From: Thermodesulfobacteriota bacterium
GTDB lineage: Bacteria; Desulfobacterota; Binatia; Bin18
Assembly: GCA_964291405.2 (NCBI GenBank)
Contig: OZ219926.1
Span: 2,976,001 to 3,040,000, forward strand
Direction of reading: 5' to 3'
Length of the DNA: 64,000 nucleotides
Shown here: piece by piece, positions 1 to 9,727 of the stretch
How the letters are laid out: the number at the start of each line of letters is the position of its first letter
Position numbering within the stretch: position 1 is the stretch's first letter
The notes under the pieces: model-generated
What the model saw: only the letters and a program-made list of their open reading frames with translations
Told to the model about the DNA's origin: nothing
Database searches by the model: none
Position numbers and translations under genes: made by a program

Positions 1-97
1 GCCGGAGGAGCCGGAAGTTTTCATCGGCCAACTTCCGTATCTCGACTGGGAGTCCGTTGTAGAACGACCAGAATTTGTGGGTGACGCGATGTCTCAC
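1..97 (-). CDS. ParE/RelE-like type II toxin, N-terminal part (runs off window start)
   Basis: Not in ORF track. GTG at 97 overlaps the antitoxin TGA (GTGA) and reads MRHRVTHKFWSFYNGLPVEIRKLADENFRLLR, typical of ParE-like toxins. Confidence 0.7.
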   Translation of the reverse strand, partial: MRHRVTHKFWSFYNGLPVEIRKLADENFRLLR

Positions 98-294
98 AGG
101 TCGGTACACTGGCCCTCGCGCAGGGCCTGCAACGCCTCCTCCGCCAATGCGTCAAGTCGCCCGGCAGCGACATCACGCTCAAGCTCACGGTCCCATATTT
201 CGGCATCGAACTCCGCAAACCAAGCGCGGAATGCGGCGAGTTGTTGGGCCGACAATTGGCTCACGGCCGTCTGGATATCTTGAAGAGTGTCCAT
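94..294 (-). CDS. Putative antitoxin (small acidic helical protein)
   Basis: 66 aa with WDRELERDVAAGRLDALAEEAL motif, translationally coupled to the downstream toxin. Confidence 0.7.
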   Translation of the reverse strand: MDTLQDIQTAVSQLSAQQLAAFRAWFAEFDAEIWDRELERDVAAGRLDALAEEALQALREGQCTDL

Positions 295-367
295 GTCTGA
301 AGGCTATCTCTGAAGTCTGCTGATGACAAGACACGAAAGAGGGGGCTGGGGGCTGGCCCCCACAGGG

Positions 368-760
368 TTAATCTTTCTGTCCGAACGTCTGTTCGTAGCG
401 CGCCTTGAACGTCTCAAACAGGGTGAGTTCCTGCGCGGTATACGTCCGGTAGGTCTGGCTGGCGTGGGGAAAATAAAAGCGCAAGACAGCATTCCCCTCT
501 GCGTCATCAAGGCTGACAAACACGCTGACGGAGTCGCCGTGCCCCAGTGCTTCGGCAAAGCGTACCTTGGTAATGGTGTCGAGGTTGGCGTGAATATGCC
601 AGCCGCGATACTCGACCGTTGCCCACGGGTCGGCAAAATCGACCTTTCGGACCTCCTCGTCCAGAAAAAGTTCGCTGACAACCCCGTCACGTCCGACCGT
701 ACACACCAGCGCGGGCGTGCGCGCCAAGTCTTCGAGTAACTGTTTCACGCCGGGGATCAT
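368..760 (-). CDS. ChuX/HutX-like (heme carrier fold) protein
   Basis: 130 aa with WHIHANLDTITKVRF and VSLDDAEGNAVLRFYF patterns resembling ChuX/HutX/HemS repeats. Confidence 0.55.
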   Translation of the reverse strand: MIPGVKQLLEDLARTPALVCTVGRDGVVSELFLDEEVRKVDFADPWATVEYRGWHIHANLDTITKVRFAEALGHGDSVSVFVSLDDAEGNAVLRFYFPHASQTYRTYTAQELTLFETFKARYEQTFGQKD

Positions 761-1269
761 ACGTTCCTCTTGATTGTCTTTTCCTCTTTTTCATAACGGT
801 CTAAGAGGAGCTTGAGAAGACGAGGAGAAGCGCGAAAATTCGTCTTCTGTAAACGCTCAATTGCCGAGGGAAAATTGAGAAGCCCGAGTCTGGCCGCCTC
901 GCTCAAGAGGCCGAGCAGGCCGGTCACTTTGAAACCATATTCTTTTGCAACTTGACGAGCTGCCTTCTCATCCAAAATAATCAGGTCTGCCCCCAAGTGT
1001 CGTGCCAAGAGAATTGCGTCTCGTTCGCCTGCGTGCAATCGGTCAAGTGCGGGGTTTGTCTCGCTCAGCGTAAGGGCCCCGGTATGGATGTTCGCCCAAC
1101 TAGGGGGCTGGGCTATCCAGTCCTGAAGCCCGACTGGAGCCCCTTCAGCTTTTAGCTCATCACGTACTGATTTTGGGAGGGTGACTTGACCGAATAGTTT
1201 TGGAAACAGATCAAGACAGTTAATGAGATAGAGATAGCAGATAGGGGACGTATTGGAGATAGTAATCAC
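757..1269 (-). CDS. PIN-domain toxin, DUF3368 family
   Basis: ISNTSPI...LHAGERDAILLA...ILDEKAAR...GLLGLL motifs. Confidence 0.85.
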   Translation of the reverse strand: MITISNTSPICYLYLINCLDLFPKLFGQVTLPKSVRDELKAEGAPVGLQDWIAQPPSWANIHTGALTLSETNPALDRLHAGERDAILLARHLGADLIILDEKAARQVAKEYGFKVTGLLGLLSEAARLGLLNFPSAIERLQKTNFRASPRLLKLLLDRYEKEEKTIKRNV

Positions 1270-1532
1270 GGGCGAGTGACTGCACGGAGCGCTTCAATAT
1301 CTCCTGCTAAGTCTTCTTCAGTATAGTCCAGATAGGCGTGTGCTTGCTTGAGCATCCTGTCGACCTCCCAACGTGAGGGGAGGCCAAGCATTTTTTGCAC
1401 TTGCGCTTCGGTCAAGACTCCTGCTCGATACGCTTCGATTGCGACTGCTTCAAGAGTCCGCCGGGAGAGGTTGCCCCAGTTTTGTGCGAGATGGAGGGCA
1501 ATATCTTCCGGGAGTTCAATGGCAACATTCAT
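1266..1532 (-). CDS. UPF0175 family antitoxin
   Basis: EAVAIEAYRAGVLTEAQVQKMLGLPSRWEV...YTEEDL; overlaps the PIN gene start. Confidence 0.85.
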   Translation of the reverse strand: MNVAIELPEDIALHLAQNWGNLSRRTLEAVAIEAYRAGVLTEAQVQKMLGLPSRWEVDRMLKQAHAYLDYTEEDLAGDIEALRAVTRP

Positions 1533-1602
1533 TCTATTATACTCAGAAACCAATAAATTCTCTTCACTTTACTTGAATATCTACCCTCCTGTCCATGCCG
1601 AA

Positions 1603-1809
1603 CTATTCAAAGAGAAGAGAGTCAGCAGCATAAGACAAGGCGGCCTGGATATCCGCCCGGACGAGACGCGGATATGCCTCTAATAAATCTGCTTCTGTCG
1701 CTCCTTCACCTAGCTTTCGGAGAATCACTTCAACTGGAATACGAGTACCACGGATCAAAGGCTTCCCGAGCATCACTGCCGGATTAATCTCAATGCGGTC
1801 GGTTGTCAT
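1603..1809 (-). CDS. DUF433 family antitoxin-like HTH protein
   Basis: INPAVMLGKPLIRGTRIPV...YPRL..ADIQAALSYA signature. Confidence 0.9.
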   Translation of the reverse strand: MTTDRIEINPAVMLGKPLIRGTRIPVEVILRKLGEGATEADLLEAYPRLVRADIQAALSYAADSLLFE

Positions 1810-1832
1810 GGGGCTCTCCTTCGGGTTAGGCC

Positions 1833-3662
1833 CTACTCCACCGTCACGCTCTTGGCCAGGTTGCGCGGCTGGTCCACGTCGGTCCCGCGATACACGGCCA
1901 CATGATAGGCCAGGAGTTGGAGCGGGATGCTGAGCAGAATCGGCATGATCAGGTGGTTGGTGGTCGGAACCTGGATAATCTCCCAGGCGATTTCTTCGAG
2001 CTCGGGCGAGGGAGCGTCGGTCAGGGCGATAATACGGCCGCCGCGCGCCTCGACCTCTTTCATATTGCTGAGCGTTTTCTCGTATACCGGGTCTTTGGGG
2101 AGGAGGACGACAACGGGCATCTGCTCGTCGATCAGGGCAATCGGACCGTGCTTCATCTCCCCGGCCGGATAGCCCTCGGCGTGAATATAGGACAGTTCCT
2201 TGAGTTTGAGCGCGCCCTCAAGCGCAATCGGATAGTTGATGCCCCGTCCCAGATACAAGAAGTCGCTGGCATGACCGTATTTCTTGGCGATCTTTTCAAT
2301 CGCCCTGGTCTTCTTCAGCGTCGCCTGGACCAGGGCGGGCAGGGTGACGATGTCTTCGATGAGTTTCCGGCCGTGGTCGCGGTCGAGGACGCCGCGGCGT
2401 TGTCCGAGGTGCAGGGCAAGCAGATAGAGGGCGGTCAACTGCGTCGTAAACGCCTTGGTTGACGCCACACTGATCTCGGGTCCGGCATGGGTATAGACCA
2501 CCATGTCGGATTTGCGCGTAATGGACGAATCGACCACATTGCAGATAGCCAGCGTGCCGGCACCCTTGTTTTTGCCCCCTTCGAGCGCGGCCAGCGTATC
2601 CGCGGTCTCGCCCGACTGAGAAACCGCCAGAACCAGGCTGTCCGCATCGAGCCGTGTGGGACGATAGCGGAATTCACTGCCGTAATCGACCTCGGTTGGC
2701 AGTTCGGCCAGTTCCTCCAAAAGAAATTTGCCAACCAGACAGGCGTGCCAGGCCGTGCCGCACGCCACCAGGGTCGCCCGCTTGACCGCATCGAGCGCGG
2801 GTAGCTGGTCCGTGAGTTCGCCCAGCGCAATCTCGCCGGATTCCTCCAGGATACGGCTGCGCATGGTATCGATAATGGCCTGGGGCTGTTCATGGATTTC
2901 TTTCAGCAAAAAATGCTTATAGCCGCTCTTCTGGGCCGTAATCGGGTCCCAGGTAATATGGCGCGGTTCGCGCTCAATCGGCCGGCCGGAGAAGTCCGAG
3001 ATCGCGACACCTTGACGACTCACCTCGGCCATCTCGCCGTCATCCAGGAAGAGCACCCGGCGGGTATAATCGAGCAGGGCGGGAATATCGGAGGCCACAA
3101 AACTCTCCTCCTCCCCGAGTCCGATGACAATGGGTGTAGCGTTTTTGGCCGTCAGGAGTGTTTCCGGGTCTCGCTCGCTCAGGGCAACCAGGGCGAACGA
3201 ACCGGAAAGATGCCGCAGGGCGGCCCGGGTCGCTTCACGGAACGAGAGCCCCTCTTGCAGGTATTGGTCGATCAGGTGGGCAATGACTTCGGTATCCGTC
3301 TCGGAGCTGAATGTCCGCCCTTTGCCCATGAGTTCGTGGCGCAGCTCAAGATAGTTCTCGATAATGCCGTTGTGGATAACCACCACATCGCCGGCGCGGT
3401 GCGGATGGGCGTTCTCCTCGGACGGCGGCCCATGGGTCGCCCAGCGGGTATGACCGATACCGACCGAGCCGGGCAGGGGTTCGGCCTGTAAGAGTTGGTC
3501 AAGCTGGGCGAGCTTGCCGACCGCCCGCCGGATGGCAATACGGCCGTTTGTGAATGCGGCGATTCCCGCGGAGTCGTAGCCGCGGTACTCAAGCCGCTTG
3601 AGTCCCTGGAATAAGAGCGGGGCCGCCTCGCGGTGCCCAACATATCCCATAATGCCGCACAT
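1833..3662 (-). CDS. glmS: Glutamine-fructose-6-phosphate aminotransferase
   Basis: MCGI N-terminus, GHTRWATHG, C-terminal QPRNLAKSVTVE. Confidence 0.98.
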   Translation of the reverse strand: MCGIMGYVGHREAAPLLFQGLKRLEYRGYDSAGIAAFTNGRIAIRRAVGKLAQLDQLLQAEPLPGSVGIGHTRWATHGPPSEENAHPHRAGDVVVIHNGIIENYLELRHELMGKGRTFSSETDTEVIAHLIDQYLQEGLSFREATRAALRHLSGSFALVALSERDPETLLTAKNATPIVIGLGEEESFVASDIPALLDYTRRVLFLDDGEMAEVSRQGVAISDFSGRPIEREPRHITWDPITAQKSGYKHFLLKEIHEQPQAIIDTMRSRILEESGEIALGELTDQLPALDAVKRATLVACGTAWHACLVGKFLLEELAELPTEVDYGSEFRYRPTRLDADSLVLAVSQSGETADTLAALEGGKNKGAGTLAICNVVDSSITRKSDMVVYTHAGPEISVASTKAFTTQLTALYLLALHLGQRRGVLDRDHGRKLIEDIVTLPALVQATLKKTRAIEKIAKKYGHASDFLYLGRGINYPIALEGALKLKELSYIHAEGYPAGEMKHGPIALIDEQMPVVVLLPKDPVYEKTLSNMKEVEARGGRIIALTDAPSPELEEIAWEIIQVPTTNHLIMPILLSIPLQLLAYHVAVYRGTDVDQPRNLAKSVTVE

Positions 3663-3720
3663 GGTTGAGTCCTTTGGGTTTGTTGGGTCTATGGAGTCCT
3701 TTGGGTCGGTTGCGTCCTCT

Positions 3721-3748
3721 GTAGGGGCAATTCATGAATTGCCCCTAC
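3721..3748. repeat. Perfect 28-bp GTAG-type REP palindrome, copy 1
   Basis: GTAGGGGCAATTCATGAATTGCCCCTAC equals its own reverse complement; identical copies at 36312 and 37621. Confidence 0.9.
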
Positions 3749-3840
3749 GGGCTTGGGAGGGGTGGCCGAAGGCCGGGGTGGGTTCCTTTTCGCATCACAC
3801 GTTCCAGGAGGGGAGCTTTTCACTTGTCACTCGCCCCTGT

Positions 3841-5253
3841 TCACTCTTCACTCTCTTTGGCCCGTTTGGCTGCGGTCCAGCCTTCCCGTATTTCTTCCTG
3901 ACGCCGATTAAAGACCAGGGCGCCCGCGGGCACATCCTGCCGGACCGTGGTGGCGGTGGCAATATACGCATCGTCGTTGACGGTCAGCGGGGCGACCAGG
4001 GTCGTATCCGAGCCGACCTGGACGCGGTCTCCGATCCTGGTCCGATGCTTGCGAAAGCCGTCATAGTTGCAGGTGATCGTGCCCGCGCCGATATTGGCCT
4101 CGCGGCCGATTTCCGCGTCGCCGATATACGCCAGATGTTTGGCCTTGGTACGCTCGCCGATGGTGGATTTTTTGACCTCAACGAAATTGCCGATCTCGGC
4201 GTGAGGGGCAAGCACGGCCCCGCCCCGCATATGTGAGAACGGCCCGGCCGAGGAGTTATCGCCGAGTTGGCTGTCACTCAGCACAACCGAGAAATAGATG
4301 CGGACATGATCGCCGATGGTGCAGTTCTCGATATAGGCGTTGCCGTCGATCCGACAGTGCGAGCCGATAGCGGTCTTGCCCTTGATATGGGTATTCGGAC
4401 CAATGACCGTGTCCGGTCCGATGGTCGCTTCCTCACTCAGATAGACCGTCTGCGCATCCTCAAAGGTGACACCGGCGTCCATCCACTGCTGGCGGAGTTG
4501 TTCCTGGCGTGTTGTTTCCATACGAGCAAGCTCCTGTCGGGAATTCACCCCTTCGACTTCGTGACAGTCGGGCGTGGGCACGGCCCGGGTCGGGAGTCCG
4601 GCCCGGACGGCCGCGGCCACAATATCGGTCAGATAGTATTCGCCCTGGGCGTTTGTGGGTTGGAGACGGTCGAGCGCGGAAAAGAGAAAGTCGGCCGCAA
4701 CGCAGTATATCCCGGTGTTGATCTCCCGGACACTGCGCTCCCGGGCCGAGGCGTCCCGCGCCTCCACAATGCGGATCACCTGTCCGTCGGAGCGGCGAAT
4801 CACCCGCCCGTACTGAGCGGGGTCCGCGGGCCGGGCGGTCAGGACCGACAGGGTCGCTTGGTGAGCGTGATGATCCGCGACAAAGCGCGCCAGCGTCCGG
4901 GACGTGAGCAGGGGCACGTCGCCGGAGACGATCAGAATATCCCCCCGAAAGCCGACAAGCTGCGCTTGTGCCGCGCGGACCGCGTCCCCGGTGCCGCGCT
5001 GTTCTTTTTGAAGCGCAAAGACCACCCCGTCTGCTTGGCATGCTGCTTGAACCGCGGCGGCCTGGTGGCCGACCACGACAACCAGACGGCTGGGATGGAG
5101 GCGTTGGCTGGTCTGAATGACCCGCGTCAGGAGCGGTTTCCCGGCCAGATGATGCAGCACTTTGGCCCGCTCGGAGCGCATGCGCGTCCCCTTGCCCGCA
5201 GCCAGAATGATAACGCCCAGGGGTTGCGCCTGGTGTTGATCCGGTACAGCCAC
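3841..5253 (-). CDS. glmU: Bifunctional UDP-GlcNAc pyrophosphorylase/GlcN-1-P acetyltransferase
   Basis: LAAGKGTRM, GTGDAV, NAQGEYYLTD, hexapeptide repeats, GAGTITCNYDG. Confidence 0.97.
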   Translation of the reverse strand: MAVPDQHQAQPLGVIILAAGKGTRMRSERAKVLHHLAGKPLLTRVIQTSQRLHPSRLVVVVGHQAAAVQAACQADGVVFALQKEQRGTGDAVRAAQAQLVGFRGDILIVSGDVPLLTSRTLARFVADHHAHQATLSVLTARPADPAQYGRVIRRSDGQVIRIVEARDASARERSVREINTGIYCVAADFLFSALDRLQPTNAQGEYYLTDIVAAAVRAGLPTRAVPTPDCHEVEGVNSRQELARMETTRQEQLRQQWMDAGVTFEDAQTVYLSEEATIGPDTVIGPNTHIKGKTAIGSHCRIDGNAYIENCTIGDHVRIYFSVVLSDSQLGDNSSAGPFSHMRGGAVLAPHAEIGNFVEVKKSTIGERTKAKHLAYIGDAEIGREANIGAGTITCNYDGFRKHRTRIGDRVQVGSDTTLVAPLTVNDDAYIATATTVRQDVPAGALVFNRRQEEIREGWTAAKRAKESEE

Positions 5254-5318
5254 GTCAGCCCGTCCAACCCGAAAGAGATCGCTGCATGTCCGTTCCCGCA
5301 GTCCAATAAGCGTTCCGC

Positions 5319-6419
5319 TTAATCCGCCGCGTGCAGCCGGTCCGGGAGTTGTTCAAACCAGGGCAGGACCAGGGTTTCGTTGATGGAATACGTATAGGCG
5401 TGCCCCCAGTCGGGCAGCTCGGTATAGTTGAGGTGGGTAAAGCCCTGGCCTTCTAAAAACTTCCGGGACATACGCGCCGAGGAGACCGGGAAAATAAAAT
5501 CCTTTGCGCCGTGGACGATAAAGATGGGTAGGGCTGTCGCCTGTTTATAATCGAGCCAGGGTGGTAGGACTCCGGCAATGGGAGCGATACCGGCAAAGAG
5601 CTTGGAGCAACTGATCCCGAGCGCGTACGAAAACGTCCCGCCGTCAGACAGGCCGCTGACCAGAATGCGGCTCGTATTCACCGCGTATTCATCCATGACC
5701 GTTTCAAGCATGGACAGAATGGAGCGCACATCGAGGCCGGGCTGCTGAATGGACCAGGTCTGGCCCAGGGATTTCGGCGAGAGCAGGATAAAGCCGCGAC
5801 TCTTGGCCGTCCTGAGCCAGGTCAGCAGATAGTCATCACCGCGCCCGTGGCCGCCGTGAAGGGTAATCACCAGGGGCCAGCGTGTGCCGGGGTCGTAGTT
5901 TTCGGGGACGTACAAGGAATACTCGGCGTGCTTCTTGGTCTGCTTGCGATGCATCACACCGGTCTGGGCGGTGTTGTTTGTGGCCGGAGTTTCAAGCTCG
6001 GTCCGACGCGGGAAATCATCCGGTAAAAACCAGTACGGCTGAAGCGGCGGCAACTCGGCGCGCAGGCCGTACAACAGATATTTGCCCAGCGAGAACGCCC
6101 GCCGGCTCTGCATATAGGCGACAATGAAGTTATGCGCCGAACCGGTCCGAAAGGACGTATAGGCGTCCTCAAGATGTTCGAGCGCTTCCAGCCATTGTGT
6201 ATGAAAGGCGGTCCGTTCCGGGGGGACTTCCAGGCCCTCGTTCTGGGTATTGAGGGAAGTGAACAAGTCCCCCACCTGTTCGACGAGTTCGGCCTGATGC
6301 TGGGGGATTTTTGCCAGGTGAATCTGCTCCTGGAGGGCCTCAAAGGTGCGCAGGAAGCCCAGAATCTGCTCGGCTTGGCGGGTCGTCGTTTCGTGATAGT
6401 TTTCCGCAGCGCTTTCCAT
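5319..6419 (-). CDS. Phospholipase/carboxylesterase (alpha/beta hydrolase) with N-terminal helical extension
   Basis: LHGGHG, GLSDGG nucleophile elbow, HGAKD, WGH; GGAGG RBS before ATG 6419. Confidence 0.8.
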   Translation of the reverse strand: MESAAENYHETTTRQAEQILGFLRTFEALQEQIHLAKIPQHQAELVEQVGDLFTSLNTQNEGLEVPPERTAFHTQWLEALEHLEDAYTSFRTGSAHNFIVAYMQSRRAFSLGKYLLYGLRAELPPLQPYWFLPDDFPRRTELETPATNNTAQTGVMHRKQTKKHAEYSLYVPENYDPGTRWPLVITLHGGHGRGDDYLLTWLRTAKSRGFILLSPKSLGQTWSIQQPGLDVRSILSMLETVMDEYAVNTSRILVSGLSDGGTFSYALGISCSKLFAGIAPIAGVLPPWLDYKQATALPIFIVHGAKDFIFPVSSARMSRKFLEGQGFTHLNYTELPDWGHAYTYSINETLVLPWFEQLPDRLHAAD

Positions 6420-6560
6420 GGTCCGCCTCCCTTGAATATGCGAGGCTAGCAGTTCGGCTTTCGCAGTTGCAAGGGGGAAAGCCATGTGACAAAGAAGAGA
6501 TGTGTTCAACCGATTTGGAATCAATGAAGAACACGTTTCTTCTTCGGGCCGGGAGCGGGT

Positions 6561-7931
6561 ATGAAAAAGTCTCACCTTCTCCTGCGAGCGCTCCCATCCG
6601 TGGAAAAACTGCTGGCAGCGCCGGCGCTTCAGCCCATCCTGGCCCGCTATAACCGAACGTATATCACCGACCTGATTCGTCAGGTCTTGGAGACGCTGCG
6701 TCAGGACATTCTATCCGGCGCACATACCACACCGCTTGCCGAACACGACCTGATCGAGCGCATTACAACCCGACTCCACAGCGAGGACCAGTCCCCGCTG
6801 CGTTCGGTCATCAATGCCACCGGCACGGTGCTGCACACCAACCTGGGGCGCGCCCTGCTGGCCCAGGCGGCCATAGACGAAGTGGTCCGGGCGGCGTCCA
6901 CACCCGTGACGCTCGAATATGACGTGTCTCGGGCCGGTCGCGGCGACCGGGACGATCTGGTCGAGGCCGACCTGACCGCCCTGACCGGCGCGGAAGCGGC
7001 CACAGTGGCGAATAATAACGCGGCCGCGGTGTTATTGGCGCTGAACACGCTGGCGGAAGGGCGGGAAGGGATCGTTTCGCGCGGAGAGCTGATCGAGATC
7101 GGCGGCTCTTTCCGCATCCCCGAGGTCATGCGCAAGAGCGGCGTGGTGCTGCGCGAGGTCGGCACGACCAACCGGACCCATCCGCACGATTATGCCAGCG
7201 CCGTCTCGGATCGGACGGGGGTTCTGCTCAAGGTGCATACCAGCAATTACCGGGTCGTGGGTTTCACCGCCGAGGTTGGCCTGGAAGAACTGGTGGCCCT
7301 GGGTAAGGAGCGTGGTGTCCCGGTCATGGAGGATTTGGGAGCCGGGGCGCTGATCGACCTGGCGCAGTACGGACTGCCACAGGAACCGGTCGTGGCCGAG
7401 CGGGTCGCCAAAGGCGCGGACGTGGTCACCTTTAGCGGCGATAAACTCCTCGGCGGGCCGCAGGCCGGGCTCATTGTGGGCCGCAAAGCCTGGGTGGACC
7501 AGATCAAAAAGAACCCGCTCAAACGGGCGCTACGCCTCGACAAGCTGACGCTGGCGGCCCTGAGCGCGACCCTGCGCCTGTACCGTCGTTCACCCCAATT
7601 GCCCCGCGACCTGCCCACCCTGCGTTGGCTGACCCGGCCGGTGCATGAAATGGAAACTCTGGCGGCCCAGGCCGTTCCGCTTATCCAGCAGGCGCTCGGC
7701 AGCGCATTCTCGCTGAGCGTCGAGCAGGCAACCGCCCAGATCGGCAGTGGGGCGCTGCCGGAGGAGGAACTCCCCAGCACGATCATTGCCGTTCGGCACG
7801 GCGAACTGTCCGCGGAAAAAATCGCCCAGCGTTTCCGGCAGGCCGATACACCCATCCTGGGCCGGATTCACAACGACACGTTCTTGCTCGACCTGCGCGG
7901 TATTTTTGATCCGCAGGACCTTGTTCCGTGA
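6561..7931 (+). CDS. selA: L-seryl-tRNA(Sec) selenium transferase
   Basis: INATGTVLHTNLGRA, SRGELIEIGGSFRIP, FSGDKLLGGPQAG; adjacent tRNA-Sec. Confidence 0.97.
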   Translation: MKKSHLLLRALPSVEKLLAAPALQPILARYNRTYITDLIRQVLETLRQDILSGAHTTPLAEHDLIERITTRLHSEDQSPLRSVINATGTVLHTNLGRALLAQAAIDEVVRAASTPVTLEYDVSRAGRGDRDDLVEADLTALTGAEAATVANNNAAAVLLALNTLAEGREGIVSRGELIEIGGSFRIPEVMRKSGVVLREVGTTNRTHPHDYASAVSDRTGVLLKVHTSNYRVVGFTAEVGLEELVALGKERGVPVMEDLGAGALIDLAQYGLPQEPVVAERVAKGADVVTFSGDKLLGGPQAGLIVGRKAWVDQIKKNPLKRALRLDKLTLAALSATLRLYRRSPQLPRDLPTLRWLTRPVHEMETLAAQAVPLIQQALGSAFSLSVEQATAQIGSGALPEEELPSTIIAVRHGELSAEKIAQRFRQADTPILGRIHNDTFLLDLRGIFDPQDLVP

Positions 7932-7937
7932 GCGGGC

Positions 7938-8123
7938 TCAGTTGTCATCGTCGTACAGTTCCTTCCGGCTCAATGTCCCGTACACAGTCCCGTTTCGCAC
8001 GCCGAGTTGAATACGATTGTGGCCATTGGCCTTCGTGTCGGTCAGTTTCCGTGCTATCTCGGCGACCACCTCCAAACCGCGGGCGATCGGTTCGGGGATA
8101 TCTTTGACATCAATGGTTTCCAT
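7938..8123 (-). CDS. Small hypothetical protein, antitoxin-like
   Basis: 61 aa ending LSRKELYDD, a C-terminal motif common in antitoxins; lies at the tRNA 3' end. Confidence 0.5.
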   Translation of the reverse strand: METIDVKDIPEPIARGLEVVAEIARKLTDTKANGHNRIQLGVRNGTVYGTLSRKELYDDDN

Positions 8124-8150
8124 ATTCTAACCAAGACGGTCACGAGGATT

Positions 8151-8245
8151 TGGCGGAGAAGGGATGGAGTCGAACCATCCGCGCAACTTACGCCACGCAA
8201 CTCGGTTTTGAAGACCGGTACGGCCACCGGGCCATATCCTTCCCC
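8151..8245 (-). tRNA. selC: tRNA-Sec (anticodon UCA)
   Basis: Minus strand GGGGAAGG...CCGGTCTTCAAAACCG...long variable arm...GATGGTTCGACTCCATC CCTTCTCC G CCA; 8-bp acceptor stem, 95 nt. Confidence 0.95.
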
Positions 8246-8340
8246 CCGCCAGCCTCAGCGCTTACCACGGCAGAAGATGTGAGTCCAGCAATGGCAAGCG
8301 CTAGCAGATGCTGACTATGCAGGGGCCCTGCTCTTCTATC

Positions 8341-8535
8341 CTCTCTCGGGACGTGTGATGCATATCGAGGCGTGAGCCTCCCAGGGACCGGTCCGGCGGT
8401 TCCCACCTTGGGCCGCTCGCCCGCCCGCTGCCTGGGAGCGCGGCCCTCCTGGCCCCCGGTCGCAGACCGGCACGGCGCAGGGGAGCCGGAGGCCGCCGAG
8501 TAATGTAAGTTGCACCATACGTCTGAGGAGGAGAG
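8341..8535. repeat. MITE/REP-like element with imperfect terminal inverted repeats
   Basis: CTCTCTCGGGACGTGTGATGCA...TGCACCATACGTCTGAGGAGGAGAG; ~8341-8455 is the reverse complement of ~46022-46138. Confidence 0.75.
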
Positions 8536-8642
8536 CTTTTTTATCCCCTCCTCGGAGGGGTGGCCCGCAGGGCCGGGGTGGGTCGGGTCCGGTCGACTCA
8601 GCCTCCGTTCTCAAGAGGAGGAAGACAGGGCAGAGTCCGAAA

Positions 8643-8671
8643 TTGACAGACTCACCGGAAGATTTTATAGC
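8643..8671 (+). promoter_or_regulatory. Sigma70 promoter, copy 1
   Basis: TTGACA-17 bp-TATAGC. Confidence 0.7.
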
Positions 8672-8696
8672 GGAGGACTGAAGGGAGAGGGGCGGT

Positions 8697-8984
8697 ATGG
8701 CCGGCCAACCAAATATCCATAAGAAGATGGATAAAATTCTGCAAAAGCTGACGACGCTGGAAGCGAACGACAAGGGACTGGCCAAGCAGACCAACTACCT
8801 GGCGCAACTGGTCGTGCTGGCAAAGCAAGACTCTGCCCGCCAACATTAGGAGTCCCAGACGATTTTGCAGGAGTCCCAGACGATGTTACGGGACATGGGG
8901 CAAATACTCCTGGAAGTCAGAAAAATCTCGGCTCGAACCGAGGAGCGGGTCGCGGAGATACTTGCGGAAACGCGCTGGCACTGA
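8697..8984 (+). pseudogene. Coiled-coil ORF copy 1, interrupted by in-frame TAG (8847-8849)
   Basis: Near-identical to 9926..10246, where codon 51 is CAG; the frame continues to TGA at 8982-8984. Confidence 0.75.
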
Positions 8985-9056
8985 GCCATGATGGATACTC
9001 GTTTGTGAGAAGTGACGGTGAAGGAAATATGAGAGAATTAAGTGGAGAAACAAAAG

Positions 9057-9290
9057 TTACGAGTCTTCTTGTTCACCACCAGAAACGGCATTAGGTCCGC
9101 TAGAGGTTTCAACTTCAATCTTACCTCTTTCGCCCCAATGGAAGATAAATCGGAAATTCTTGTTTTTGAGAACCACGGCGTAGAGAAGTATTCCTACCAC
9201 CGTCCCAATAAAAAAACTGATGAGATCAAATGTGAAACCCGTGGGGAGCAGGCTCTCAAACATCCTATTAGGCAGCCTGCTCTTCCACAA
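9057..9290 (-). CDS. Small single-TM membrane protein
   Basis: Hydrophobic FDLISFFIGTVVGILLYAVVL followed by KNKN; overlaps the RHH gene. Confidence 0.5.
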   Translation of the reverse strand: MWKSRLPNRMFESLLPTGFTFDLISFFIGTVVGILLYAVVLKNKNFRFIFHWGERGKIEVETSSGPNAVSGGEQEDS

Positions 9291-9504
9291 GCGATTCTAG
9301 TTGAGGAAACACCACTTCTACTTGCGAGGAATCATCTCTCTCAAGTATGATTTTGCTCTTCTTTTCGTATTTTTCGTTTGCAAGCCACCGGAGAACACCA
9401 AGAGCGTGGTTGACGACTTCACCCCTAGACTTTGCGTTGAGAATTTCTTTCAACGAGTCTAGCTCTTTCACGGCTGCATCAGAAAATTCAAATTGGATTC
9501 GCAT
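9268..9504 (-). CDS. Ribbon-helix-helix (CopG-like) DNA-binding protein
   Basis: MRIQFEFSDAAVKELDSLKEILNAKSRGEVVNHAL, a classical beta-alpha-alpha pattern. Confidence 0.75.
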   Translation of the reverse strand: MRIQFEFSDAAVKELDSLKEILNAKSRGEVVNHALGVLRWLANEKYEKKSKIILERDDSSQVEVVFPQLESLVEEQAA

Positions 9505-9727
9505 AATTCATATTTCAATCAGAGTCGGCGATAGAGCCAACCCTTGTTTCTTGTTCAATTTTCTCCAAAGGCAGAGTTTCCTTCGGGGCGCGCGGTTTCT
9601 CCTCAATCTCTAGCCGCGTTCCATCAACTTGCCCCCCATCTTCCACATGGTTTTCTTGTTCCACTACATAACCTCCCCGTTATTCTGCCATACATTGTGT
9701 GTCCCTCCTTTCGCTGAGTACTTCTGA

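Noticed and set aside
3663-3840. glmS ribozyme upstream of glmS
   Set aside because: The interval is filled by 9-mer and REP repeats, and I could not recognise the ribozyme core.
8847-8849. In-frame TAG as pyrrolysine or stop-codon recoding
   Set aside because: Many intact genes here end in TAG (glmS, accB, accC, mfd) and no pyl genes are seen; a single C->T change explains it.
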